Below, in pieces: positions 49,203 to 58,971 of a DNA stretch of 64,000 nucleotides. The notes beneath the pieces were generated by a model. The model saw nothing but the letters and a program-made list of their open reading frames with translations, made no database searches and was not told where the DNA came from. The position numbers were made by a program, and so were the translations under genes. The stretch's first letter is position 1. Every line of letters begins with the position of its first letter. This stretch comes from an uncultured Planctomycetales bacterium (GTDB lineage Bacteria > Omnitrophota > Gorgyraeia > Zapsychrales > JANLHA01): the NCBI GenBank assembly GCA_964489065.1, contig CAZAXH010000003.1:63104-127103 (forward strand), read 5' to 3'.

Positions 49203-50558
49203 ATGCGAGAAAATGTCCCGAACGAAAATAATGGCGATCTTTTTGTTGAGTCTCCGAAACAAACCCCGCAGCCATCCGCACCCTTAAGTTTCCGGATGCG
49301 GCCATCCCGGCTAGATGACATCGTGGGGCAGAAACATATTCTCGGTCCGGGGAAATTGTTGACCCGGGTTATAGAAGCCGACCGGTTAAGCTCCCTGATC
49401 CTTTACGGCCCTCCTGGCGTAGGAAAGACGACCTTGGCCGTCTGCATCAGCCATACCACCGAATGCCCGTTTGTGCGGATTAATGCCGTGACGTCCAATG
49501 TTGAAGAAATGAGGAGAATTCTGTCTGCCGGACAGCACCGCTGGCACAGTAGCGGAAGAAAGACGATTTTGTTTATTGATGAAATCCACCGGTTTAATAA
49601 AAGCCAGCAGGAAGTTCTTTTGCCGGATTTGGAAGAAGGGAGCGTGGTGTTAATAGGGGCCACGGTGTTTAATCCGTATTTTTCTCTGGTTGGGCCGTTG
49701 ATTTCGCGATCGCTGGTTTTTGAGCTTAAAGCCTTGAGCGAGCAGGAAATAGCCGTCATTTTAAAACGGGCGTTAGCGGACAAAGAAAAAGGCTTGGGGC
49801 GGCTGGGCGTAAATGCGGACGAAGAGACGCTGATGTTTTTAGCGAAAATGAGTGATGGGGATGCTCGCAAAGCGCTTAATGCGTTAGAAATCGGGGTGTT
49901 AACGACTCCCCCGGATAATACAGGGGGGGTGTTTTTTTCCGGGGATATCGCCCGTGAATCTATCCAGAAAAAAATCGTGTATGACCGCAACGGGGATGAC
50001 CATTATGATACCGCGTCTGCGTTTATCAAATCCATGCGGGGGTCGGATCCGGATGCAACTTTATACTGGCTGGCGAAAATGATTTTTGCCGGAGAAGATC
50101 CCCGGTTTATTTCCCGGAGAATTTGTATTTGTGCGGCGGAGGATGTGGGGAACGCAGACCCGCATGCGCTTATAGTGGCTAATGCAGCCATGCAGGTTTC
50201 CGAATTTATCGGCATGCCGGAAGCCAGGATTCCCTTGGCGCAAGCCGCAGTCTATGTTGCCTGCGCCCCGAAATCCAACGCCAGTTATATGGGGCTGGAG
50301 AACGCTTTAAACGATATAAAAACCAATAAGACGCAAGAGGTTCCGTCTCACCTGCGGGACGCTTCTTATCCTGGGGCCAAAAAATTAGGCCGGGGGGATG
50401 GCTATCAATATGCCCATGATTATCAGAATCATTATGTGGACCAGGACTATGTTTATTTCAAGAAACAGTATTATTTTCCTACAGAACTGGGCGTTGAGAA
50501 GAAAATTAAGGACTGGCTTGTACGCTTGCAAAAAATGAAAGAAGACGGAAAAAATTAA
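49203..50558 (+). CDS. rarA: Replication-associated recombination protein A (RarA/MgsA AAA+ ATPase)
   Basis: LILYGPPGVGKTTLA Walker A, ILFIDEIHRFNKSQQ; start taken at the first ATG (MRENVPN...); the ORF track begins at an upstream TTG. Confidence 0.85.
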   Translation: MRENVPNENNGDLFVESPKQTPQPSAPLSFRMRPSRLDDIVGQKHILGPGKLLTRVIEADRLSSLILYGPPGVGKTTLAVCISHTTECPFVRINAVTSNVEEMRRILSAGQHRWHSSGRKTILFIDEIHRFNKSQQEVLLPDLEEGSVVLIGATVFNPYFSLVGPLISRSLVFELKALSEQEIAVILKRALADKEKGLGRLGVNADEETLMFLAKMSDGDARKALNALEIGVLTTPPDNTGGVFFSGDIARESIQKKIVYDRNGDDHYDTASAFIKSMRGSDPDATLYWLAKMIFAGEDPRFISRRICICAAEDVGNADPHALIVANAAMQVSEFIGMPEARIPLAQAAVYVACAPKSNASYMGLENALNDIKTNKTQEVPSHLRDASYPGAKKLGRGDGYQYAHDYQNHYVDQDYVYFKKQYYFPTELGVEKKIKDWLVRLQKMKEDGKN

Positions 50559-50736
50559 TATGTTATTTTGCGGTTCAAGGGCTTTTTTCGGGAGAAAAGG
50601 ATTAATGTTATTTTGGCTTGCCTGAGAAAAATTAAAGTTGTATATTTAAGTAAAAAGTGATACCATGGAAAGTCTATAATAAAAGATGCGTATGTGTGTG
50701 TAAGAGAAGAAATTAGGAAAATAAACAATTTGCTAT

Positions 50737-51309
50737 GTGGGTGTTGTTAAGGTGATTGAACGTTTAAAAGAGGAGATTCGGAAGCAGGTTTTGAACGATT
50801 TAAGAACCCAAAAGGAGGAAGAAAGGCTTAGAAAAAGCTTGGTGATTCAGGAGAAGCTCTTTGCTCTTCCTGAATTCTTAAATTCTAAGACAATGCTTTT
50901 TTATGCATCCTTTGATGGAGAAGTGGAAACTTTCGACATGCTGAAGCAGGCAAAAAAAATTGGAAAGACAATAGCGTTGCCGTATATTTTTAAAAAAACA
51001 AAGCGGTTCGTTCCGGTGTTGGTTAAAAATTTGGAAACACTGGAACCGGGCCCTTACGGTATTAAACAGCCTTCTTATGCCCCGGAGTCATGTGTGGCCC
51101 TAGAGGCCATTGATCTCTGCGTGGTTCCCGGAGTAGCCTTTGATCGTGCCCGGCACCGTTTGGGCCGGGGTGCCGGTTATTATGACCGGTTTTTATCGAC
51201 CTTGTGTCCGCGAACGCATACGATAGGTCTTGCTTTTCAATTTCAAGTCTTTGACTGTCTGCCTCATCAAGATCATGATGTTTCTGTCTCCCATCTTATT
51301 TGCGATTGA
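50737..51309 (+). CDS. 5-formyltetrahydrofolate cyclo-ligase
   Basis: LPYIFKKTKRFVPV..., GIKQPSYAPESC, LCVVPGVAFDRARHRLGRGAGYYDRFL; 190 aa. Confidence 0.75.
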   Translation: MGVVKVIERLKEEIRKQVLNDLRTQKEEERLRKSLVIQEKLFALPEFLNSKTMLFYASFDGEVETFDMLKQAKKIGKTIALPYIFKKTKRFVPVLVKNLETLEPGPYGIKQPSYAPESCVALEAIDLCVVPGVAFDRARHRLGRGAGYYDRFLSTLCPRTHTIGLAFQFQVFDCLPHQDHDVSVSHLICD

Positions 51310-51392
51310 ATCCAAGCTGTGCCGAATAATCCCAGTATCTAATTAGCGAGACAAGAGGGTTTTCTTGTCTCTGGAATAGAAGGAGATGCGCT

Positions 51393-52964
51393 ATGGTTGA
51401 CAGTGTTACAATGCAGAGCCTAGTTTTATCCACGCTTTTTCTGGTCGGGTTGGCTATCGGTTACTTGTTGAGGGCGTTTTTTGCCAGCAAAACATTGAAA
51501 CAAGCGGAACAACGAGCGAAAGATTTGACTGTTTTCGCCGAGCGGGAGGCAGAAAGCCGGAAAAAAGAAGCGGAACTTGCGGTCAAGGATTTGATGTTAA
51601 AGTTAAGGCAGGATTTTGAGAAGGAAACCAAGGAAAGGCGGGAGGAAATTTCCGCGGCAGAAAAACGGATTTTGCAGAAAGAGGAAAATTTAGATAAACG
51701 GGTCGACCTTTTGGAAAAGAAGGAAAAAGACATTAATAACCGCGTGACAGCGTTAAGGCAAGAAGAGGACGCCATAAAAAATAAAAAAGAGGAATTAACA
51801 AAACTTATTGAAGAAGAGAAAAAGCGGTTGCAGGAGATTTCTTCTTTAACCGAAGATGACGCGAAACAAATATTGTTAAGCCGGCTTGACGAAGAATTGG
51901 TGCAGGAAAAAGCCATCCGGATCCGTAGGTCTGAAGAAGAGGTGAAAAGCACCTGCGAGAAAACGGCCCGGCAGATCATAGGCACCGCTATTCAGCGGTG
52001 CGCTTCGGATCACACCGCGGAAACGACGATCAGTGTGGTCGCTTTGCCCAGTGATGAAATGAAGGGCCGTATTATAGGCCGGGAAGGCCGCAATATCCGG
52101 ACGTTAGAAATGGCGACAGGCGTGGATATTATTATTGACGATACGCCGGAGGCGGTTACCATTTCCGGTTTCGATATGGTGCGGCGGGAAATTGCCCGTA
52201 TCGCATTGGAAAAATTGATCGCGGACGGCCGTATTCACCCCGGACGCATTGAGGAAGTTGTGGAAAAAGCGAAGAAAGAAATAGAAGAACATATTAAGGA
52301 AGAAGGGGATAAGGCTGCTTTTGATTTGGGAATTCATGAAATGCATCCCGAGTTGCTTAAGCTCGTGGGGCGCTTGAAATACCGGACCAGCTTTGGCCAA
52401 AACGCCCTTGTGCATACCAAGGAGGTTGCCCGGTTAATGGGGTTGATGGCGTCACAGTTGAATATAGATGTTAAGATTGCCGTGCGGGTAGGCCTTTTGC
52501 ATGATATCGGGAAAGTCGTTTCCCAGGAAGTGGAAGAAGGGACGCATGCGACCGTGGGCGCAAATTTGGCCAGAAAATACGGGGAAAACGAAATCATTGT
52601 TAACGCCATCGCCTCCCACCATGATGAAGTCGAATGCGAGAGCCTTTATGGCGTTCTTTTATGCGCGGCGGACGCCATCAGCGCGGCCCGTCCCGGAGCC
52701 AGGGCCGAAACCCTGGAAACTTACGTTAAACGGCTGGAAAGCCTGGAAAAGATTGCGAATATATTTAAAGGCGTTGATAAAGCATACGCCTTGCAAGCTG
52801 GAAGGGAAATCCGTATTATGGTCAGCCCGGAGAAGATCAATGATGATGAGGCGATCGTCTTGGCCCGGGATATCCGGAAACGCATTGAGCAGGAGCTGGA
52901 GTATCCTGGGCAAATTAAAGTGATTGTTGTCCGGGAAACCCGTGCGGTCGAATACGCCAAATAA
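51393..52964 (+). CDS. rny: Ribonuclease Y
   Basis: N-terminal TM helix, coiled coil, KH ([13 protein letters not shown]), HD domain (LLHDIGK); 523 aa. Confidence 0.85.
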   Translation: MVDSVTMQSLVLSTLFLVGLAIGYLLRAFFASKTLKQAEQRAKDLTVFAEREAESRKKEAELAVKDLMLKLRQDFEKETKERREEISAAEKRILQKEENLDKRVDLLEKKEKDINNRVTALRQEEDAIKNKKEELTKLIEEEKKRLQEISSLTEDDAKQILLSRLDEELVQEKAIRIRRSEEEVKSTCEKTARQIIGTAIQRCASDHTAETTISVVALPSDEMKGRIIGREGRNIRTLEMATGVDIIIDDTPEAVTISGFDMVRREIARIALEKLIADGRIHPGRIEEVVEKAKKEIEEHIKEEGDKAAFDLGIHEMHPELLKLVGRLKYRTSFGQNALVHTKEVARLMGLMASQLNIDVKIAVRVGLLHDIGKVVSQEVEEGTHATVGANLARKYGENEIIVNAIASHHDEVECESLYGVLLCAADAISAARPGARAETLETYVKRLESLEKIANIFKGVDKAYALQAGREIRIMVSPEKINDDEAIVLARDIRKRIEQELEYPGQIKVIVVRETRAVEYAK

Positions 52965-53162
52965 GACGAAAACATGTGCGGCCGTTTTGGAATCCCTGCC
53001 TTCGCGGAAGACCACGGCCTGCCCGTGGATGAAGGCGAGCGGTTAATAAGGGTTACCGCTTCGGGGAGGTATGTTGAGAAGTCGTATTATCCAGCGAAGC
53101 GTTTTGTTAATAGAGGGCCTGCCCGAGGTCGCGGGGCTTCATTATAACAGGACAGAATCTGT

Positions 53163-53957
53163 GTGGAGAATATGAAGATTTTATGCGTAGGTGATGTTGT
53201 TGGGAAGGCTGGCCGAACCCTTCTGCACGAACTTCTTCCTAAATTGAAAGAGGAGTTTGCTCTCGATTTGGTGGTTGTAAACGCGGAAAACGCGGCGGGA
53301 GGGTCGGGGTTGACGCCTAAAATTGCGTCCCAGTTGTTTTCTTACGGCTGTGACGTGCTGACACTGGGTGATCATGTCTGGGACAGAGTTGAGCTCACGG
53401 AAACACTGCAGGAAAACCCCAGGATTCTTCGCCCGGCCAATCTTCCGGAAGGAGTGCCGGGGAAGGGGTGGTGTGTCGTTGAAACGGCCTCTGGCGAGAA
53501 AGCGGCCATAATAAATCTTTTAGGCCGGGTGTTTATGCGTTATAATGTGGACTGCCCGTTTCGTGCTTTTGAATATTTGTGGTCCATGATCCAGGAGCAA
53601 ACGCCGGTCGTGATCGTTGATTTTCATGCGGAAGCGACGAGCGAGAAAGTTGCTTTTGGAAAATTTTCAGCAGGGAAGGCTTCTTTGGTTTTCGGCACGC
53701 ACACGCATATCCAAACGGCCGATGACACCATTCTTCCTCCAGGCACGGCGTATATTACGGATTTGGGCATGACGGGTCCGTATGATTCGGTCATTGGGCA
53801 GGACACGCAGAAAATTATCCGCAGGTTTTTAACCGGAATGCCGGAACGATTTGAAGTCGCCCAAGGAGACCCGTGGTTGTCCGGGGCCTTGGTTGAAATA
53901 GACGCTAAAAGCGGAAAAGCCATTTATCTGACACGTTTACAAAGGAGCCTTCCATGA
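53163..53957 (+). CDS. ymdB: YmdB-type metallophosphoesterase (2',3'-cyclic-nucleotide 2'-phosphodiesterase family)
   Basis: MKILCVGDVVGKAGRTLL...LVVVNAENAAGGSGLTPK...LTLGDHVWD; rny-ymdB pairing is conserved; the start may instead be the ATG at 53172. Confidence 0.8.
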   Translation: MENMKILCVGDVVGKAGRTLLHELLPKLKEEFALDLVVVNAENAAGGSGLTPKIASQLFSYGCDVLTLGDHVWDRVELTETLQENPRILRPANLPEGVPGKGWCVVETASGEKAAIINLLGRVFMRYNVDCPFRAFEYLWSMIQEQTPVVIVDFHAEATSEKVAFGKFSAGKASLVFGTHTHIQTADDTILPPGTAYITDLGMTGPYDSVIGQDTQKIIRRFLTGMPERFEVAQGDPWLSGALVEIDAKSGKAIYLTRLQRSLP

Positions 53958-54334
53958 GCGCTTGGGATGGAATTAATCGGCGAAAATTCCCCCGGGTTAT
54001 GTATCCTTGCTTGGTGACGATTCGTCACGATAAGGGGGAAAAGGAAGTCTTTTTGACGCATACGGAAAATATCGGGATCGGGGGAATTTGTGTTATTTTG
54101 AAAAATAATATCAAAATGTTTGCTCCGGTTGAGGTTGAGCTGGATATGCTGGATTTGAACGAGCATATTGTCTGCAAAGGGCGGGTTGTTTGGGCGGTTC
54201 GGAGGAAAGATTTCGAGCAGGAGAAACCGTCTTTTTATGATATCGGTATTGAGTTTGTTGATTTGCCGCCGGAACAGTATGAACGCATAAACGCTATTGT
54301 TAAAAGACTGGTCGCGCGGAAGATGACCGTATAG
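53954..54334 (+). CDS. PilZ-domain protein (putative c-di-GMP receptor)
   Basis: RRKFPRV (RxxxR) and TENIGIGGICV (D/NxSxGG) motifs; 126 aa. Confidence 0.7.
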   Translation: MSAWDGINRRKFPRVMYPCLVTIRHDKGEKEVFLTHTENIGIGGICVILKNNIKMFAPVEVELDMLDLNEHIVCKGRVVWAVRRKDFEQEKPSFYDIGIEFVDLPPEQYERINAIVKRLVARKMTV

Positions 54335-54475
54335 AGCGGGGCTTCATATTTTTTCCCCTAGCAGGAGAAAAAATGTCCGCTTTCGCGTGTAGGTTGAGAA
54401 GGCGGATATTTCCACGAAGTGAATTGTTAACCGAGACCACGCCCGCGGGCGTGGTGTTCTATTGAGGAATATATT

Positions 54476-55753
54476 ATGGTGAAAGTCCGGTTTGCTCCCA
54501 GCCCAACGGGATACCTTCATATTGGAGGAGCCCGCACAGCGCTTTTTAATTGGCTTTATGCTAAAGCCCAGGGCGGCATTTTTGTCCTGCGCATAGAAGA
54601 CACCGACCAGGAAAGATCGCGGGATATTTATTTGGAAGAAATTCTTCAAAGCATGACCTGGCTGGGGCTAGCGTGGGATGAATTGTATAAGCAGTCTGAC
54701 CGGTTTGATCTTTATCGGGAACAGGCCCGGAAGCTTGTGCAGGAAGGCAAGGCCTATGAAGAAGGCCCGGCGGTTATTTTAACCATGCCGCAACAGGAAA
54801 TTAAGTTGTTTGACCTGATCCGGGGGGAGATCGTGTTTGATTCCTCGCTTTTGAAAGACGAAGTCCTGCTTAAATCCGACGGGTCTCCGACATATAGTTT
54901 CGCCTGCGTCGTGGACGATGCCCTGATGGGCATTACGCATGTTATCCGGGGGGATGACCATATTTCCAACACCCCCAAACAGTTGGTTATGTATCAGGCC
55001 CTGGGATTGAAGCCGCCCAAGTTCGCGCATTTACCGCTGATTATGGGGGAGGATGGCGGGCGGCTGTCCAAACGGACAGGGGCGGTTGCGGTCACGGATT
55101 ATAAGCGTCAGGGTTTCTTGCCCGAAGCTTTGGTAAATTATTTATTGTTGCTAGGCTGGTCGCCGGGGAATAATCAGGAAAAAATTTCTCTTGATGCGGC
55201 GGTGAAAAAATTTTCCATAAAACAGGTTCAGAAATCTCCGGCGGTGTTTTCTTTGGAGAAACTGACGTGGCTTAATTCTCAATATATTAAGCAGTCTGAT
55301 CCGGCGAAAATCGCGGAGCTGCTGGTCCCTTTTCTTCAGGAGAAGGGTTATTTAGCTGAGAAATATGATAGGAAAAAACTGGAAACTAGTGTAAAATTAT
55401 ATCAAAGCCGCATGCCGACCTTGTGTGATTTTTTGGACCGGGCGGATTTTTTATTTAAAGACCATGTGGTCTTTGAAGAAGGGGCGCTCTGCTGCCTTAA
55501 GGAGAGTGGACAGGACAGCCATTTGGTCGTTTTAGCGAAGAGGCTGTCAGGGGTTCCCGACTTTACAGAGGACGCCGTGGAGCGCGCTTTTCGCGACGTG
55601 GTCGCGGAACTGGGCGTCTCTGCCGGCGACCTTGTTCATCCGGTGCGGATTCTGCTTACGGGGAAAACGGTCGGGCCCGGCCTTTTTGAAACAATGGCCC
55701 TGATCGGCAAAGAAAAGACCGTGCAGCGGTTAAGTCAAAAGGTATCTGTTTAA
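54476..55753 (+). CDS. gltX: Glutamyl-tRNA synthetase (short, 425 aa)
   Basis: HIGGARTALFNWLYAK (HIGH), RLSKRTG (KMSKS). Confidence 0.9.
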   Translation: MVKVRFAPSPTGYLHIGGARTALFNWLYAKAQGGIFVLRIEDTDQERSRDIYLEEILQSMTWLGLAWDELYKQSDRFDLYREQARKLVQEGKAYEEGPAVILTMPQQEIKLFDLIRGEIVFDSSLLKDEVLLKSDGSPTYSFACVVDDALMGITHVIRGDDHISNTPKQLVMYQALGLKPPKFAHLPLIMGEDGGRLSKRTGAVAVTDYKRQGFLPEALVNYLLLLGWSPGNNQEKISLDAAVKKFSIKQVQKSPAVFSLEKLTWLNSQYIKQSDPAKIAELLVPFLQEKGYLAEKYDRKKLETSVKLYQSRMPTLCDFLDRADFLFKDHVVFEEGALCCLKESGQDSHLVVLAKRLSGVPDFTEDAVERAFRDVVAELGVSAGDLVHPVRILLTGKTVGPGLFETMALIGKEKTVQRLSQKVSV

Positions 55754-55765
55754 AAAGAGGTGATT

Positions 55766-55900
55766 ATGGTTAAGAAAGCGTTTGTCTTTTTCCTTTTTTT
55801 AGCCTGTATAGGCGTAGTGGTGAGTGGTTGCCAGACAGCGAGCGATTCGGTCAACAAGACGGACAAATGGATGGACGAAGAGCTTCATAAGCATATGTAA
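55766..55900 (+). CDS. Small lipoprotein (44 aa)
   Basis: Hand translation MVKKAFVFFLFLACIGVVVSGCQTASDSVNKTDKWMDEELHKHM; AAGAGG RBS 7 nt upstream; lipobox VSGC; below the ORF-track cutoff. Confidence 0.4.
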   Translation: MVKKAFVFFLFLACIGVVVSGCQTASDSVNKTDKWMDEELHKHM

Positions 55901-55926
55901 AGAGTTTTCTGGAAAACGCCCTTAAT

Positions 55927-55998
55927 ATTGTAGTTTTGCCCTGTGGTGTAATTGGTAACACACTTGACTCTGGATCAAGCATTTCTGGTTCGAGTCCA
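55927..55998 (+). tRNA. tRNA-Gln (anticodon CUG)
   Basis: TGCCCTGTGGTGTAATTGGTAACACACTTGACTCTGGATCAAGCATTTCTGGTTCGAGTCCAGACGGGGCAG; anticodon loop CTCTGGA; CCA not encoded. Confidence 0.8.
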
Positions 55999-56049
55999 GA
56001 CGGGGCAGTTTTAAAAAACTCAACGAAACATTGTTGAGTAAAACAGAAA

Positions 56050-56080
56050 CCCTGATCGGCTTTGCCGATCAGGGTTTTAT
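56050..56080 (+). terminator. Rho-independent terminator after tRNA-Gln
   Basis: Perfect 11-bp stem CCCTGATCGGC / GCCGATCAGGG, loop TTT, followed by TTTTATT. Confidence 0.65.
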
Positions 56081-56285
56081 TACTATGAACACGTCTTGAG
56101 CAGGAAACTTTAAAAATTTTTATAATACGCCGTGGGGGCCGCTTTGATGTTTTTAGCCTCCGAGGAAAGATAAATACGCATGGGCCGTCCTCTAACCAAG
56201 GCGTTGTTCCCGTGTTCGGCTCCTTGACAGAATATTTATAGTATGCTATAAGTTTAGTGAAATCTATAAATTTGTAGGAGGCCCC

Positions 56286-56948
56286 ATGGAAACGAAAGAA
56301 TATTCCCTGCGCGAGAGGAAACATGCCCAAACAAAGATCGCATTAATGAACGCCTTTATTAAGCGTTTGGAGCGAACCAGATTTGAGGAGATATCCATCC
56401 GGGAGATATGCAAGATCGTTGAGGTTTCGGAAGGGACTTTTTTTAATTATTTTTCGGCGAAAATAGATATTATCCACTATTATTCCTCTCTTGTTTTCTT
56501 GAAGGTTTTTTGGAACGCCCAGAAGGAAATTCCCCCAGGAAAACACCTTGCTTTCATTGAATCCATTTTTAAAAATATGGCGGTAGAAATTAGTAATGGC
56601 AACGTTATATACCAAATGCTTTCTATTATGATTATGCAAAAAGAAAAGCCAAGAGCGGCTGTTGTTTCTGATATTGAAAAACAATTCCTTTTTCCAGATT
56701 GTCCCGGTATAGAAAATGTTCCTATAAAATTTATCGATGATATTTTAGCGGATTGTTTAAACGTGGCTTATAAAAACGGCGAGCTTCCTAGGACAACTAA
56801 AATTGATGATGTGCAGGTCTCTTTGATGACAATACTCGGGGGTACGGTGCTGGCCACACGGTTTACGAACACGAAAGATCAAACCTACCACCTCATGCGG
56901 CAATTAAGGCTTCTGTGGAAAGGGATTGGGGTCAAGGTGCGGAGGTGA
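56286..56948 (+). CDS. TetR-family transcriptional regulator
   Basis: N-terminal HTH FEEISIREICKIVEVSEGTFFNYF; 220 aa; upstream of the efflux operon. Confidence 0.8.
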   Translation: METKEYSLRERKHAQTKIALMNAFIKRLERTRFEEISIREICKIVEVSEGTFFNYFSAKIDIIHYYSSLVFLKVFWNAQKEIPPGKHLAFIESIFKNMAVEISNGNVIYQMLSIMIMQKEKPRAAVVSDIEKQFLFPDCPGIENVPIKFIDDILADCLNVAYKNGELPRTTKIDDVQVSLMTILGGTVLATRFTNTKDQTYHLMRQLRLLWKGIGVKVRR

Positions 56949-56953
56949 AAAAA

Positions 56954-58297
56954 ATGAAAAGGCAAACGAGTGTCATCCTGAATTTTGGCATGGGAGTGTT
57001 GCTTTCCTTTAATAATATAGCCTTTGCGGGCGATTTTTCAGCAGAAACTAGCCTACAAATAGATCTTGAGGAAACCATCCAACGGGCTTTAGATAGTAGC
57101 GAGGAATTGAAAATACAAAATTGGGCGGTTGATAAAAAACAGGGCGATTACAAAAAAGAACGGTCCGGAATGTTGCCTCATGTCAGCGCCCAGTCGACAT
57201 GGACCCGAAATATGTCTTATCCCGAATCGGCGGCAAGCGAAATTGCGGATTATCAGCTCGACCGGGGAATCAATGCTTCACAAGTTGTTTGGGCGTTTGG
57301 TAAGGTTATGTTTGCGGTTGAAGCCGCACAAAAGGCGGTTGAGGCCAGTCGATTGCAGCGGGAGGCGAGCCGACAAGAAATAATTTATACCGCGAAATTG
57401 AGTTATTACACGGCTTTGCTGGCCAAGAATACGTTAGCTATCACCGAAAAGTCATATGCTAACGTTTTGGAAAACAAGAATTTGTTGGCGCAGCGCTCCT
57501 ACGGAGGGCGGAGCTCCACCTATGAAATCATTCGGATGAACGCGGATGTGGCGGCCCGGGTGCCGACCGTTAACGAATCCCGCACACGTTATTATGCGGC
57601 TTTGGAAACTTTAAAAAAAACAATCAACGTTCAGGGCTGCGAGATTTTTCTGGAAGGGAACTTTCAAGAAAATTACGACGAGTATTCCTATGATGCGTTG
57701 GTTTCTGAAATGTTTGAACGGGAACCGTATTTAAAGAGCCTCGAGATGGCCGTTGAATCCGCAGACGCCGACGTCATGAGCCGAAGAGCCGCTTTTTTGC
57801 CTTCCGTGTCGGTTTTCGGTGCTTGGAGTCAAAAGGGGGCCTCCCAGGAGAGGTCTTTCCCTGATCAGGCTGACATGGGCGATTATCTTTGGGCTGGGGT
57901 TAAACTCGATATTCCGATCTGGGAGGGGGGAGCGAACGAAGCGAAGCTTATTCAGTCTCAGGCGGACAGAGAGACGGCGGTTTTGAGAAAAAAACAGGCG
58001 AGGAGAAATTACATGCTTGAACTTAGGAAGGCCTTTTTGGAATATGAGCAATATAAGGACAATCTTGCGGCTAATATGGAAGCGGTTGATCTGGCGCAGG
58101 AGTTGTTTCAACAGGCGCAGGAGTTGTTTTCTTCCGGACAGGTAACCCTGACGGACCTGAATGATGCCGAGCTTCTTTTGACCAATCAGAGGTTAAATAA
58201 AGAGATGACGCTTTATAATATCAATATGACTTTAGCTAAGGTTGAGAAATTAGTTGCCGGAGGAAACGAGGGAAGTTTGGGTGATGAAAAATTTTAG
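56954..58297 (+). CDS. Outer membrane efflux protein (TolC-like OMF)
   Basis: Signal peptide MKRQTSVILNFGMGVLLSFNNIAFA; two OEP-like repeats with coiled-coil character; about 447 aa. Confidence 0.7.
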   Translation: MKRQTSVILNFGMGVLLSFNNIAFAGDFSAETSLQIDLEETIQRALDSSEELKIQNWAVDKKQGDYKKERSGMLPHVSAQSTWTRNMSYPESAASEIADYQLDRGINASQVVWAFGKVMFAVEAAQKAVEASRLQREASRQEIIYTAKLSYYTALLAKNTLAITEKSYANVLENKNLLAQRSYGGRSSTYEIIRMNADVAARVPTVNESRTRYYAALETLKKTINVQGCEIFLEGNFQENYDEYSYDALVSEMFEREPYLKSLEMAVESADADVMSRRAAFLPSVSVFGAWSQKGASQERSFPDQADMGDYLWAGVKLDIPIWEGGANEAKLIQSQADRETAVLRKKQARRNYMLELRKAFLEYEQYKDNLAANMEAVDLAQELFQQAQELFSSGQVTLTDLNDAELLLTNQRLNKEMTLYNINMTLAKVEKLVAGGNEGSLGDEKF

Positions 58298-58949
58298 ACG
58301 AAGGACGCTTTATTGCGGAATAGTTATCGTTTTCTGTGCTTCTGTTGCGGCAAGAATTCAGGAAGTCAACGCGTATCGCGCGAAAGCCATCGTCAGCTTT
58401 TACGAGGAATGGCGGCAACACGGAAAGCCGGTTGAGGTGCGGGTGATTGAGGCAAGGGATATTCCCGTGCGTGTTCAGTTTACGGTCAGGGTCGTTAACG
58501 GCGATGTGGCCCAGGGGTTTGTCACTGGAGATGTCAAGGATGTGCTTCGGGAAGGTTGGGAGATATATGATTCGGCCGACAGCACTTCTGCCTTTGCCCG
58601 ATTGAAAAGCGTGTCGAATGAGCTTGATATTAAGACCGGGATGTTCCCGGTCTTAATCGTGTTGGACACACCCAGAAACGACGGAGAGTTTCTGGTCGTT
58701 TTCGCCCATATTGAAACACTGTACAGCGCCTTGGCGGTTCCCAACGAGGTCCTCGATATTTCCGGAGGCGAATATTTTCTTTGGAAGGCCGAGAAAGGCG
58801 TTGCCAAAAAATGCAAGGTTACACTGGGGTCGCGCAACGGCTACGGGTCGGTGATTAGCAAGGGAGCACGAGCCGGGGATACGGTCATCTTCACCGGACA
58901 AAGCGGGCTTAAGGAAGAGGACAAGTTATGGTCTGTCAACGCCCTATAG
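58284..58949 (+). CDS. Short periplasmic adaptor (membrane fusion protein-like, about 220 aa)
   Basis: N-terminal anchor MKNFRRRTLYCGIVIVFCASVAA; beta-barrel/MP-like C-terminal region; lies between the OMF and RND genes; lacks the usual long hairpin region. Confidence 0.6.
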   Translation: MKNFRRRTLYCGIVIVFCASVAARIQEVNAYRAKAIVSFYEEWRQHGKPVEVRVIEARDIPVRVQFTVRVVNGDVAQGFVTGDVKDVLREGWEIYDSADSTSAFARLKSVSNELDIKTGMFPVLIVLDTPRNDGEFLVVFAHIETLYSALAVPNEVLDISGGEYFLWKAEKGVAKKCKVTLGSRNGYGSVISKGARAGDTVIFTGQSGLKEEDKLWSVNAL

Positions 58950-58971
58950 TTGATATAAAGGAAAAGACGCG

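Noticed and set aside
49403-49990. 195-aa minus-strand ORF
   Set aside because: Antisense inside rarA, which has clear AAA+ motifs
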